This document shows positions 49,368 through 59,246 of a stretch of DNA of 60,426 bases, one piece after another; position 1 is the stretch's first letter; every line of letters begins with the position of its first letter. Location of the stretch: NCBI GenBank assembly GCA_012718985.1, contig JAAYBG010000025.1, forward strand, positions 1-60,426, in the 5' to 3' direction. A program made the translations under genes and the position numbers. This DNA is from Acholeplasmataceae bacterium. Lineage in GTDB: Bacteria > Bacillota_I > Bacilli_A > ML615J-28 > CAG-698. The notes under the pieces were generated by a model. The model saw only the letters and a list, made by a program, of their open reading frames with translations, had not been told where the DNA came from and searched no databases.

Positions 49368-49379
49368 ATCATTGATAAA

Positions 49380-50081
49380 CTATCTACGATTTCTAAAGAA
49401 ACTAATATCGATTACTTCAACCTTTTTACGATTACCTAAACCTAAAAGTTTATCAATTCCATAATAGATATATCCAATAACTAGATTAACAAAAATTAGA
49501 ACTACAATATTTTGCAAGACTGGGAATATTCCTAAATTATCCAAATTGATAAATTCATAAGGAAATCGCTCCCCTGTAAGATATGGATTTCCAATCCTTG
49601 AATACACAAAGATAACAATTCCATATAAGAACAAATAAATTAGGGAAAACAAAGGTCCCGCCCAAGTTTGTGCCCCCTTTTTATCAAATAGAAAGTAATC
49701 AATTAGAAAACCGATAGGGATTATAAAATGAATGATTAGGTCCTTAATACCCAAAACATCATAACCAGGAGTCTCCAAATTGATAAATTCAGGAAGAAGG
49801 ATAAAAGCATATACCAGGCAAGTGATAGAGATAGCAATCATTGCCAGAGATTTCAATTTATATATTCCTGATGAAAAATCCTTTTTGAAGATAAATTCTT
49901 TCACTAACATATATAATAAAATTAATACACAGAAAATATTGGTTTGAATTGTGTAATAAAGAAACATTTCCGGAACGAAAGTTCCTTCTTGGTCAAAAAC
50001 ACTGAGAAGAATTCCGGCAATTCCCAGTGAAAACAGAATAAAGCGATAAATAAAAATCACTAATTTATTATCAATTCGCAT
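49380..50081 (-). CDS. hypothetical polytopic membrane protein (about 6 TM)
   Basis: 233 aa, hydrophobic throughout. Family not recognised with confidence. Confidence 0.5.
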   Translation of the reverse strand: MRIDNKLVIFIYRFILFSLGIAGILLSVFDQEGTFVPEMFLYYTIQTNIFCVLILLYMLVKEFIFKKDFSSGIYKLKSLAMIAISITCLVYAFILLPEFINLETPGYDVLGIKDLIIHFIIPIGFLIDYFLFDKKGAQTWAGPLFSLIYLFLYGIVIFVYSRIGNPYLTGERFPYEFINLDNLGIFPVLQNIVVLIFVNLVIGYIYYGIDKLLGLGNRKKVEVIDISFFRNRR

Positions 50082-50195
50082 AACTTCACCCCTTTTATTT
50101 TAGCATAAATAAATACAAATGCAAACAATTAAGAAAATTTGTATTTTAAAACGGATAAAAATTTGCTATAATATTAATACTGGCGGGGGACCAAT

Positions 50196-51992
50196 ATGTT
50201 TTTACCAATCAGTAAAAAAGAATTAATAGAGAGAAACATTGAAATAGTAGATTTTGTTTTGATAACTGGGGATGCATATGTTGACCATCCTTCTTTTGGA
50301 ATAGCAATTATTTCTCGTGTCTTAGAAGCCCAGGGGTATTCAGTGGCTATTTTAGCTCAGCCCAAGTGGGAGATTGATGAAGACTTCCTTCAGTTCGGCA
50401 AACCAAAATTAGGATTTTTGATAAGTTCTGGTAATCTAGATTCAATAGTTAATCATTATACGGTAAGTAAGAGACGAAGAGAAAAAGATAGTTACTCTCC
50501 AGGAGGAAAAATCGGACTAAGACCTGATTATGCAGTAATTGTATATAGCAATATTATTCGCAGATTGTTTCCAGATAGCCCGATCATTTTAGGTGGAATA
50601 GAGGCCTCTTTAAGAAGACTGGCACACTATGATTACTTACAAAACAAATTAAAAAAATCGATTTTAATCGATTCAAAAGCAGATATCATTTGTTATGGAA
50701 TGAGCGACCAAACGATTGTCGATGTAGCTGAGGCCTTAAAAAGCGGTTTAAAAATTGAGGATATTATTTATTTAAGAGGAACGGTTTGGAAAACAAAAGA
50801 AAAGATATTGATACCGAGCAACCATATTTTTCTACCAAGTTATAAAGAAATCAGTAAAGATAAATTAAAATATGCTGAGAGTTTCAATATTCAATACAAT
50901 AATACGGATGCTATTAATGGAGATGTTTTGGTTGAAGCATATGATGATGGTTATATTATTCAAAATCCAGCAGCACTCCCTCTTACCAGAGAATATCTAG
51001 ATTGGGTATATAGTTTACCTTACGAAAGAACTTACCATCCTATCTATCAAGAACCAATTCCCGCTATTGAAGAAGTAAAATTCAGCATTGCCATTAATCG
51101 AGGATGTATGGGAAGTTGTTCTTTTTGTGCACTAACGTTTCATCAGGGGCGAATAATTCAGTCAAGAAGCAAAGAGTCGGTTGTTGAAGAGGCGAAAAGA
51201 ATTATTTCTGATAAGGAGTTTAAAGGATATATTCACGATATTGGTGGGCCTACTGCTAATTTTTACATTCGGGCTTGTAGTGCACAAGAGGAATTTGGTG
51301 CATGTAAAAACAAAAAATGTTTATTCCCGGAAAAGTGTAAAAATTTAGTTGTCTCTCACAAAGAATATTTAGAAATTCTTAGGTCTGTAAGATCATTAGA
51401 CAAAGTGAAAAAAGTATTTATTAGAAGTGGAATTAGATATGACTATTTAATATATGATAAAGACGACGAATTTTTTGAAGAATTGGTGAAATACCATATA
51501 TCAGGACAATTGAAGGTCGCTCCTGAACATGTAAGTTCGCGCGTGCTTGATTATATGCAAAAACCTCACTTTGATTTGTATGAGAAGTTTACAAAGAAAT
51601 ATGGTGAACTCAATCGTAAATATGGAAAAAAACAATTCCTTGTTCCTTATTTAATGAGCAGCCATCCTGGCTGTGAATTAGGCGATGCCATTGAACTAGC
51701 AGAATACCTACATAAAAATAAAATTCGTGTTGAGCAAGTACAAGATTTTTACCCAACACCGGGAACATTGTCAACTTGTATGTATTATACTGAAGTAGAT
51801 CCACGGACAATGAAAAAAATATATGTTGCGAAAACAGGACATGAAAAAGCAATGCAAAGAGCATTAATGCAATATAATAAGGAAAGAAACTATGACCTTG
51901 TTAGAGAAGCTTTAATAGTCGGTGACAGGAAAGATTTGATTGGCAATGGTAAAAAATGTTTAATCAAATATAAAAAAACATTTAATAAATAA
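50196..51992 (+). CDS. ygiQ: YgiQ family radical SAM protein (UPF0313)
   Basis: N-terminal [17 protein letters not shown] and [15 protein letters not shown], the Fe-S cluster motif characteristic of YgiQ. Confidence 0.85.
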   Translation: MFLPISKKELIERNIEIVDFVLITGDAYVDHPSFGIAIISRVLEAQGYSVAILAQPKWEIDEDFLQFGKPKLGFLISSGNLDSIVNHYTVSKRRREKDSYSPGGKIGLRPDYAVIVYSNIIRRLFPDSPIILGGIEASLRRLAHYDYLQNKLKKSILIDSKADIICYGMSDQTIVDVAEALKSGLKIEDIIYLRGTVWKTKEKILIPSNHIFLPSYKEISKDKLKYAESFNIQYNNTDAINGDVLVEAYDDGYIIQNPAALPLTREYLDWVYSLPYERTYHPIYQEPIPAIEEVKFSIAINRGCMGSCSFCALTFHQGRIIQSRSKESVVEEAKRIISDKEFKGYIHDIGGPTANFYIRACSAQEEFGACKNKKCLFPEKCKNLVVSHKEYLEILRSVRSLDKVKKVFIRSGIRYDYLIYDKDDEFFEELVKYHISGQLKVAPEHVSSRVLDYMQKPHFDLYEKFTKKYGELNRKYGKKQFLVPYLMSSHPGCELGDAIELAEYLHKNKIRVEQVQDFYPTPGTLSTCMYYTEVDPRTMKKIYVAKTGHEKAMQRALMQYNKERNYDLVREALIVGDRKDLIGNGKKCLIKYKKTFNK

Positions 51993-52036
51993 TATCAATA
52001 TGGTATAATGATAAAAAATAGAGGAGATGAAAGGCG

Positions 52037-54823
52037 ATGGCATACAAAGCTTTGTATAGAACATATAGACCACAAAACTTCAGCGAAGTCATTGGTCAAG
52101 AAGTGATTGTTAAAACTTTGCAGAACTCGATTGATACGGGTAAAATAAGCCACGCTTATTTATTCAGTGGTCCTCGTGGAACAGGAAAGACAACCATTGC
52201 AAGAATATTCGCAAAAGCATTGAACTGCGAAGAGGGTCCAACAAGTGAACCTTGTGGCCGATGTGTTTCTTGCCGGGAAATCGCCGAAAGCAATAATCCC
52301 GATGTTATTGAAATCGATGGTGCCAGTAACACTGGAGTGGATGACATTCGTGAGATTAGAGAAAAAGTTAAATTTTTACCTGGGGGTTCAAAATATAAAG
52401 TTTATATTATTGATGAAGTACATATGTTAAGCCAAAGCGCCTTTAACGCTTTGCTTAAAACATTAGAGGAACCACCAAAACATGTAATTTTTATTCTAGC
52501 AACAACAGAACAACATAAAATATTACCTACTATTTTATCGAGATGTCAAAGATTTGACTTTAAATCTTTAACGGTGAATGAAATAGTTGGCTTAATTACT
52601 CGCGTAGCTGATGAAGAAAATATCAAGATTACCAAAGAAGCGAAGATTGCAATTGCTGAGAGTGCTGAAGGTGGAATGCGGGATGCACTAAGTTTTCTAG
52701 ATCAAGCAATATCATTAAGCGATGATGAGATTACAATTGAAGAAGTGAACAGCGTAACGGGAAATTTAAGTTATGACAAAACGATTCAAATTGCTAAATT
52801 TTTCGAAACAAAAGAAATAGGTCAAGCATTAAAAACGGTCAATGAATTAATTAACTTAGGAAAAGAAGTTAGTAAAATAGTAAATGCTTTATTGCAATTT
52901 TATCGAGATGTCTTGATGTATCGCAATGTAGACACATCGTTATTTTCGCGCTATATTTTTCAAAAAGAAGAATTCAAAGAATTTGTTGCTACCGTAAGCA
53001 TCGAGAAAGTTTTTTATTATATTGATGTTTTAAGCGATGTGCAAGCTAAAATCAGATTATCAACAACTCCTCATATCTACTTAGAAGTTGCACTAATCAA
53101 GATGATTAATGTTAGCGGGGAAGATTTAAATCTGATTAAAAAAATTAGCGAATTGGAAGAGAAACTTAACAATTTGAATTTAACAAACACTCAACCAACA
53201 CCTGCGGCTTTTTCTTCCAACGGAAACACAGAAAAAATATTAGTAATGGAAGAAAAAATTAATCGCGTTATTAATGAATTGAGTAAAATGGAACTACCTC
53301 AAATTATTCAAAAAGTAAAGGAACTGACAGCAGAAACGCCAAAAAGCAATTATGGATTTGCTGATGATATAAGAAAAGATTTGCTGAAAATCAAGGAAGA
53401 TGTTGAATTACTGAAAGTAACTTCCTCTAATAATAGTAATAACAATGAAGATATCTATGAGAATTTGCAAGAGCGAATGGAGATAGTAGAACAAAGAATT
53501 AAAAACACTCAAAAAACAGAAATAGACTATCAAGAGCTTGCGAAAAAAGCAAAGGAAATGATATCCCAAGAAAAACAAGAAATAAAAATAGATTATGAAT
53601 TAATTGTGGATAAGGTTTTGGAAGAAATAAAACAAACCATGCCATCCACACAAAAAGAGATCGATTATCAAGAAGTTATCAATAAAGTCGAAGAGCTTAT
53701 TCAGGATAGAGATAATGAGGGAGAAAGAAATGAGATAGTTTCTAAAATCCTCGAAGAAAAAACAAAAGATTTAAGAATCGAAGAACGTTTGGAATACCTC
53801 GAAGACAAGGTAAGTCGCTTGCTTTCAGGGGCATACGCTAGTCAAACAATTGGTGGGAAAAAGACGCAAGGAAAAGTTAACGATAACCAGATAGTTTTAT
53901 TCGGACACGATTTAGTTGGTGTTGACGATATTGACAAGCGTGCAGATAAAGAGAAATTTGATTTTGGTGAATTAAACAAGGAACCAGAAAAGACGATTGA
54001 AAAAGTTCAAGAAAAAATAGAAAGTAAACCTTTTGAAGCTCCTTCGATTACACCAGACCCAGTAAAACAACCAATATTCAGGGAAGAAATTAATATTGAA
54101 AAGCCTAGATCGCAAATAGTAATCACAAAGCCAGCAGAGCCTAAAGAGGAAGCGAGCATTGGAATATTTTCTGCTGAAAGCCAGGCTTTGAATGAGAAAT
54201 TAAATGCTGAAAAGAAAAAAATAGAAGAAAACATCATCTCAAGTAAAGAAACAACATTAAAAACAGAAGTAAGAGCGGCAATGGAAAAACCTTTACGCTA
54301 TGAAGATCTGGATGAATTTGAAAGATATGATATTAAAGTGGTTGAAAGAATACTAAACAACTCTCAAGAAAAGAAAAAAGAAAGCAAAGAGAGATTGGTT
54401 AGGATTAAAGAACAATGGGAAAACATTAATAAACACTCTTCTTATGAAAAACAAAATATTACGGAAGTATTATCAGAAGGAGAAGTCGTTGTTGTTGGTG
54501 ACAATGAAATTATCATAGCTTTTAAGAGCGCAGCAATTTGTAACCAAGTGATGAGAAGACCATTTAGAAGAGAGGCAATCAACGTTATTCGCGATTGTCT
54601 AGGTAGCAAGTATATCTATTTAGCACTACCATGGAATATATGGCTTGATAAGCGTAAGGAATATGCAGACCAATATTACATGGGTTCAAGGCAACCAAAA
54701 CTAAAACCAATTGATGATCCTTCATTGAATGTTGGCTTCGAGAAAGAGGTTATTAAACCCGAAGAGGAACTTGTAGGAAATTTAAAAGAAATTTTCGGAA
54801 ATTTAGTGGAAAGAAAAAAATAG
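52037..54823 (+). CDS. dnaX: DNA polymerase III subunit gamma/tau, unusually long (928 aa)
   Basis: YRPQNFSEVIGQE, GPRGTGKTT, zinc module CGRCVSC, IIDEVHML and SRCQRF. A long K/E-rich middle region and a distinct C-terminal domain follow. Confidence 0.9.
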   Translation: MAYKALYRTYRPQNFSEVIGQEVIVKTLQNSIDTGKISHAYLFSGPRGTGKTTIARIFAKALNCEEGPTSEPCGRCVSCREIAESNNPDVIEIDGASNTGVDDIREIREKVKFLPGGSKYKVYIIDEVHMLSQSAFNALLKTLEEPPKHVIFILATTEQHKILPTILSRCQRFDFKSLTVNEIVGLITRVADEENIKITKEAKIAIAESAEGGMRDALSFLDQAISLSDDEITIEEVNSVTGNLSYDKTIQIAKFFETKEIGQALKTVNELINLGKEVSKIVNALLQFYRDVLMYRNVDTSLFSRYIFQKEEFKEFVATVSIEKVFYYIDVLSDVQAKIRLSTTPHIYLEVALIKMINVSGEDLNLIKKISELEEKLNNLNLTNTQPTPAAFSSNGNTEKILVMEEKINRVINELSKMELPQIIQKVKELTAETPKSNYGFADDIRKDLLKIKEDVELLKVTSSNNSNNNEDIYENLQERMEIVEQRIKNTQKTEIDYQELAKKAKEMISQEKQEIKIDYELIVDKVLEEIKQTMPSTQKEIDYQEVINKVEELIQDRDNEGERNEIVSKILEEKTKDLRIEERLEYLEDKVSRLLSGAYASQTIGGKKTQGKVNDNQIVLFGHDLVGVDDIDKRADKEKFDFGELNKEPEKTIEKVQEKIESKPFEAPSITPDPVKQPIFREEINIEKPRSQIVITKPAEPKEEASIGIFSAESQALNEKLNAEKKKIEENIISSKETTLKTEVRAAMEKPLRYEDLDEFERYDIKVVERILNNSQEKKKESKERLVRIKEQWENINKHSSYEKQNITEVLSEGEVVVVGDNEIIIAFKSAAICNQVMRRPFRREAINVIRDCLGSKYIYLALPWNIWLDKRKEYADQYYMGSRQPKLKPIDDPSLNVGFEKEVIKPEEELVGNLKEIFGNLVERKK

Positions 54824-54832
54824 GAGAGAAAG

Positions 54833-55147
54833 ATGAATCAACAAGCATTAGTGAAAAAAATTAAAAAAATGCAAGAAGAAATGGTAGCAACGCAACAAGA
54901 AATTGACAATACAATATTTTATGCTTCTAGCGGAGGAGTAGTAAATGTTGAAGTTTTAGGGACAAAAGAAATTGCTGCGATTAAGATATCAGAAGAATTT
55001 ACAGTTGAATCGCACGATGATTTTGAGATGTTGTCAGACATGATTGTTGCAGCTTGCCAAAAAGCGTATAAGGAAATAGAAAAACTAACCAAAGAAAGAA
55101 TGCAAAAGTATAATGATATGCTAGGTGGGTTTGGTGGTTTTTTCTAG
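54833..55147 (+). CDS. ybaB: nucleoid-associated protein YbaB/EbfC
   Basis: 104 aa, located between dnaX and recR. SGGGVVNVEVLG motif. Confidence 0.85.
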   Translation: MNQQALVKKIKKMQEEMVATQQEIDNTIFYASSGGVVNVEVLGTKEIAAIKISEEFTVESHDDFEMLSDMIVAACQKAYKEIEKLTKERMQKYNDMLGGFGGFF

Positions 55148-55153
55148 ATAAAG

Positions 55154-55753
55154 ATGATGAGATATCCTAGTTCACTAACGAAATTAATCGAAAATTTTCA
55201 AATGTATCCTGGCATAGGTCCTAAAACAGCAGAAAGATTAGCGCTGTTTACTATTCAAAAATTATCTTCGGATAAAGTAAAATCATTCAGTGACTCATTA
55301 AAAGAAGTATTGGAAAAAATCAAAAAATGTGAAATTTGTGGAAATATAACGGAAGGTGCATTATGCGATATTTGCAGTTCACCAACGAGAGATGATATAC
55401 TAATGGTGGTGGAAAGCGTTAAAGATGTTCTTGTTTTTGAAAAAACGAATCAATATAATGGCAGATATCATGTCCTCGGGGATTTGATTTCTCCATTAAA
55501 CGGAGTTTCTCCTGAAGATATCAATTTAAAAACATTGATTTCTCGGGTAGAAAAAGAAAAAATAAGAGAAATAATAATAGCGACTAGTGCTAATATTGAA
55601 GGGGAAATGACAGCACTTTACATAAAAAATATTTTTGAAGGAAAAGATGTTTCTATAACAAGAATAGGTTACGGACTACCGGTGGGTGGGGATATAGAGT
55701 ATGCTGATGAAGTAACATTAATAAAATCATTAGAAGGAAGAAAAAAGTTATAA
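55154..55753 (+). CDS. recR: recombination protein RecR
   Basis: YPGIGPKTAERLA HhH, CxxC...CxxC zinc finger and a Toprim domain. Confidence 0.9.
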   Translation: MMRYPSSLTKLIENFQMYPGIGPKTAERLALFTIQKLSSDKVKSFSDSLKEVLEKIKKCEICGNITEGALCDICSSPTRDDILMVVESVKDVLVFEKTNQYNGRYHVLGDLISPLNGVSPEDINLKTLISRVEKEKIREIIIATSANIEGEMTALYIKNIFEGKDVSITRIGYGLPVGGDIEYADEVTLIKSLEGRKKL

Positions 55754-55783
55754 TTATAGAGGAGATATAGAGGAGAAAAAAAT

Positions 55784-56035
55784 ATGCAACTTATCATTGA
55801 CTTTTTTACAAACATGGACAACAAAGTAGAAGTATTTATTAAGCCAATTATGGATTGGTTAACAGCTTTTTTTGAAAAAGGCGGGTATTTTGTTTTTTTA
55901 GTAGTAGGAGCTTTTGTAGTAATTTTAGTATTAGCAGGTATAATAGGAATGTTGAAAAAAGCAAAATTTTTGTTCTTTTTATTCTTATTTATCGCTGCAG
56001 TTGCTTACTTATTGTGGCATTTTGTAGTTTTATAA
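55784..56035 (+). CDS. small membrane protein (83 aa, 2 TM)
   Basis: GGAGGAGAAAAAAAT precedes the ATG. Two hydrophobic helices. Confidence 0.5.
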   Translation: MQLIIDFFTNMDNKVEVFIKPIMDWLTAFFEKGGYFVFLVVGAFVVILVLAGIIGMLKKAKFLFFLFLFIAAVAYLLWHFVVL

Positions 56036-56042
56036 TAAAAAC

Positions 56043-56080
56043 AAACTCTTAAGGTGATTCTTAAGGGTTTTTGTTTTTTA
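56043..56080 (+). terminator. intrinsic terminator
   Basis: 11-bp stem AAACTCTTAAG / CTTAAGGGTTT (one wobble), a 6-nt loop, then TTGTTTTTT. Confidence 0.7.
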
Positions 56081-56261
56081 AAAGTTGTTAATAAAAAATA
56101 AAGGAAAATATCATTTAGAAAAAACTTTTATTTTTTTAAAAACAGATAATAAAGGAGAAAACAAAGGTAATATTAAGTACGTTTTTTTAAATAAGACTTT
56201 TATTATTTATTGAAAAATGTTATAATTAGATGTAAAAATAGTGTGATAAGGAGTTCTAGAG

Positions 56262-57371
56262 ATGGAAGAAAACAAAAACATACAATCAGCAGAAAGTGTT
56301 CAAAAAGGCATTGAAGTCACCTTAAAAAACTTGACAAAAGAATTTACGGATAAAACAGGAAAAATAACTGTTGCAGTAAATGATTTTAGTGTCACTATCC
56401 CTGCCGGGAAATTAATAGGATTACTTGGACCTTCGGGATGTGGAAAATCAACAACTCTTTATATGATTGCAGGACTACACAAACCAACTGGAGGAAGCAT
56501 TTTCTTTGATAATGAAGATGTTACACTATTACCACCAGAAAAAAGAGGAATCGGTTTGGTGTTTCAAAACTATGCTTTATACCCTCATATGACGGTAAAA
56601 CAAAATATATTATTTCCTTTAGAAAATTTAAAAATCCCAAGAGCAGAAGCGCTAGCAAGAGCTCAAGAAATGGCTGAATTGGTTCACATTGGTGAACTTA
56701 TGGAAAGAAAGCCAAGTCAATTAAGTGGTGGACAACAACAGCGAGTTGCTATTGCTAGAGCACTAGTAAAATATCCAAGAGTGTTATTGTTGGATGAACC
56801 GCTTTCAAATCTGGATGCAAGATTAAGACTTCAGACAAGGGAAGAAATTAAACGAATTCAAAGAGAAACAGGAATCACAACCGTGTTTGTTACTCATGAC
56901 CAAGAAGAAGCAATGAGTATTTCTGATGCAATTGTGGTGATGAATGAAGGAATTGAACAACAAATGGATCATCCTCAAAAGGTATATGATGAACCAGTGA
57001 ATTTGTTTGTGGCAAAATTTTTAGGAAATCCACCAATCAATGTTATTGATGGAAAAATACAAGATAAAAAATTAGTATTAAGTGATGGAACTCTTATCGA
57101 TGATAATATCGATTTCGAAAATCAAGAAGTTTCTATTGGCATTCGACCTGAGTTCTTTGAGATTAATGAAAAAGGTAAAATTGAAGCAACAGTAGAATTA
57201 GTTGAGCATATTGGTAGAGATAATATGATTATTAGTCGTATCAAAAACTACGATAAATCTTTCAGAGCAATTGTTCCTAGTGGATTAGGAATTGTACCAG
57301 GAGCAAAGATTAAGTTTAGTTATTCTAAAATCTTTGTCTTTAATAAAGAGACAGGAAGGAGACTAATCTAA
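56262..57371 (+). CDS. carbohydrate ABC transporter ATP-binding protein (MsmK/UgpC/MalK-like)
   Basis: GPSGCGKST, LSGGQQQRVAIARAL and LLLDEPLSNLD motifs, with a C-terminal TOBE-like regulatory domain. Confidence 0.85.
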   Translation: MEENKNIQSAESVQKGIEVTLKNLTKEFTDKTGKITVAVNDFSVTIPAGKLIGLLGPSGCGKSTTLYMIAGLHKPTGGSIFFDNEDVTLLPPEKRGIGLVFQNYALYPHMTVKQNILFPLENLKIPRAEALARAQEMAELVHIGELMERKPSQLSGGQQQRVAIARALVKYPRVLLLDEPLSNLDARLRLQTREEIKRIQRETGITTVFVTHDQEEAMSISDAIVVMNEGIEQQMDHPQKVYDEPVNLFVAKFLGNPPINVIDGKIQDKKLVLSDGTLIDDNIDFENQEVSIGIRPEFFEINEKGKIEATVELVEHIGRDNMIISRIKNYDKSFRAIVPSGLGIVPGAKIKFSYSKIFVFNKETGRRLI

Positions 57372-58267
57372 TGTTAGAGTACAAGAAGGATGGTTGGAAA
57401 GCGGCAATATCGTTAGCTCCGGCTATGATACTGTTAGCTGTCTTTACGTTTTGGCCAATCTTAAATGCTTTTAGAATGGCGTTTATGAACGACTACAGTA
57501 TGTCGAGTGGTAAATGGGATGGAATAGGAATTCGAAACTTTATCTATATCTTCAAAGACCCCACTTTTTGGACGGCATTAAAGAATACTTGCATCATGGT
57601 TTTTATTTCAGTACCAATTACGATTATTCTCGGCTTATTCATCGCGGTTGGGTTAAACTCAATAAAGAAATTACAAAGTACATTTCAAACAATTTTTTTC
57701 TTGCCTTATGTTACAAACACAATAGCATTAGGTTTAGTATTCGGAGCAATGTTTCATCAATATGATGGGTTTATTAATCAATTATTCAATAAAAATATAA
57801 GTTGGATTGGTGCAGGAGCATCTTATACCAATGCAATGATTGTTTTAATGATTTATACAGTTTGGAATGGATTGGCATTTAAAATAATTGTGTTTTTATC
57901 AGGACTTCAAAGTATAGATAAGCAATACTACCAAGCGGCGCAAATAGATGCAACACCAAGAGGCAGAGTATTTAGGAGAATTACAGTTCCACTACTATCA
58001 CCCATGATTTTATACATTACAATCACTTCATTAATTGGGGCATTCAAAGCCTATAGTAGTGTTATTTCTATTTTTGGTACTGGTAAATATGGACCAGGCT
58101 CTGATCCAAAGTTATTAATCACTATCGTTGGTTATGTTTATGAAAAATTGTGGGCTTCAGGAGTTCCACTAGGAGAAGCTGCTGCGGGAAGCTTGATTCT
58201 ATTTGCAATTATATTAGCAATCACGCTTGTTCAACTTCAAGTTGGCAAGAAACGTGTTCATTATTAG
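57371..58267 (+). CDS. carbohydrate ABC transporter permease (MalF/UgpA-like)
   Basis: 6 TM with an EAA-like loop (YQAAQIDATPRGRVFRRITVP). Confidence 0.8.
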   Translation: MLEYKKDGWKAAISLAPAMILLAVFTFWPILNAFRMAFMNDYSMSSGKWDGIGIRNFIYIFKDPTFWTALKNTCIMVFISVPITIILGLFIAVGLNSIKKLQSTFQTIFFLPYVTNTIALGLVFGAMFHQYDGFINQLFNKNISWIGAGASYTNAMIVLMIYTVWNGLAFKIIVFLSGLQSIDKQYYQAAQIDATPRGRVFRRITVPLLSPMILYITITSLIGAFKAYSSVISIFGTGKYGPGSDPKLLITIVGYVYEKLWASGVPLGEAAAGSLILFAIILAITLVQLQVGKKRVHY

Positions 58268-58276
58268 GAGGTTGCT

Positions 58277-59191
58277 ATGAATCATTCAGAATTATTTTTA
58301 GATCCAAAACAAATGAAAGTCTATAAAACAAAGAAAATATTGTTTTCAATAGTCTTGTATTCTTTTCTTATTTTGGTTGCTTTATTCATTATCATTCCGT
58401 TTTATTATATGTTGGTCACTTCTTTAAAAACTGTTGAGGAAATCAATTCCGATCAATTCATCTTTTTCCCAAGATCATGGATGTGGGAAAACTATTCAGA
58501 ACTATTTACCAACAAAAACGGAACAATAACAAAAGGAATATCGTTATGGACTATGTATAAAAACACCATAATAGTAGCGGTATTAACAACAACGGGGACA
58601 ATTATTACTGTTGTTTTATCCGCTTTTGCCTTTGCAAGATTGAACTTTAAGGGACGAGAATTGATTTTCAGTATTTTATTAATGACAATGATGATTCCAG
58701 GAGAAATTTATGTCATTACTAATTATCAGACAATTGGTTCGTTGGGATGGAGAAATACCTATCAAGCATTGGTTTTGCCCTTTGTAACTAGCGTGTTTTA
58801 TACTTTCTTCTTACGTCAAACTTTCAAACAAATACCAAATGAACTGTATTTAGCAGCAAAAGTTGATGGAACAAGTGATTTTGGATATTTGATTAAGATA
58901 ATGATTCCTATCGCTAAAGCGACAATCATCACGATTATTATTTTGAGCATGATAGGAACTTGGAACGCCTATGTGTGGCCAAGTTTGGTAACAAATGATA
59001 AATCAATGTATCTAGTTAGTAACGGTTTATTGGAAATGTTTAAAGGAAAAGTCGAACAATCGGGACCAGATTCTATCTTAAATGTGCAGATGGCAGGGTC
59101 AACGATGGTAACAGTTCCGTTGTTGATTGTGTTTATATTATTGAGAAAATATATCATGAGTGGCGTTTCACGTAGTGGTATTAAAGGTTAG
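58277..59191 (+). CDS. carbohydrate ABC transporter permease (MalG/UgpE-like)
   Basis: 6 TM with an EAA-like loop (LYLAAKVDGTSDFGYLIKIMIP). Confidence 0.8.
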   Translation: MNHSELFLDPKQMKVYKTKKILFSIVLYSFLILVALFIIIPFYYMLVTSLKTVEEINSDQFIFFPRSWMWENYSELFTNKNGTITKGISLWTMYKNTIIVAVLTTTGTIITVVLSAFAFARLNFKGRELIFSILLMTMMIPGEIYVITNYQTIGSLGWRNTYQALVLPFVTSVFYTFFLRQTFKQIPNELYLAAKVDGTSDFGYLIKIMIPIAKATIITIIILSMIGTWNAYVWPSLVTNDKSMYLVSNGLLEMFKGKVEQSGPDSILNVQMAGSTMVTVPLLIVFILLRKYIMSGVSRSGIKG

Positions 59192-59246
59192 TTAACAAAG
59201 CAAAAAAGCTTGTTATATAAAATAAAATATTAGAAAGGGAAGAAAA

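Noticed and set aside
52037-54823. Programmed ribosomal frameshift site in dnaX (gamma/tau)
   Set aside because: Several A-runs exist (for example near 54210 and 54370), but none shows the A-AAA-AAG heptamer together with a downstream hairpin in a meaningful position. This cannot be supported from sequence alone.
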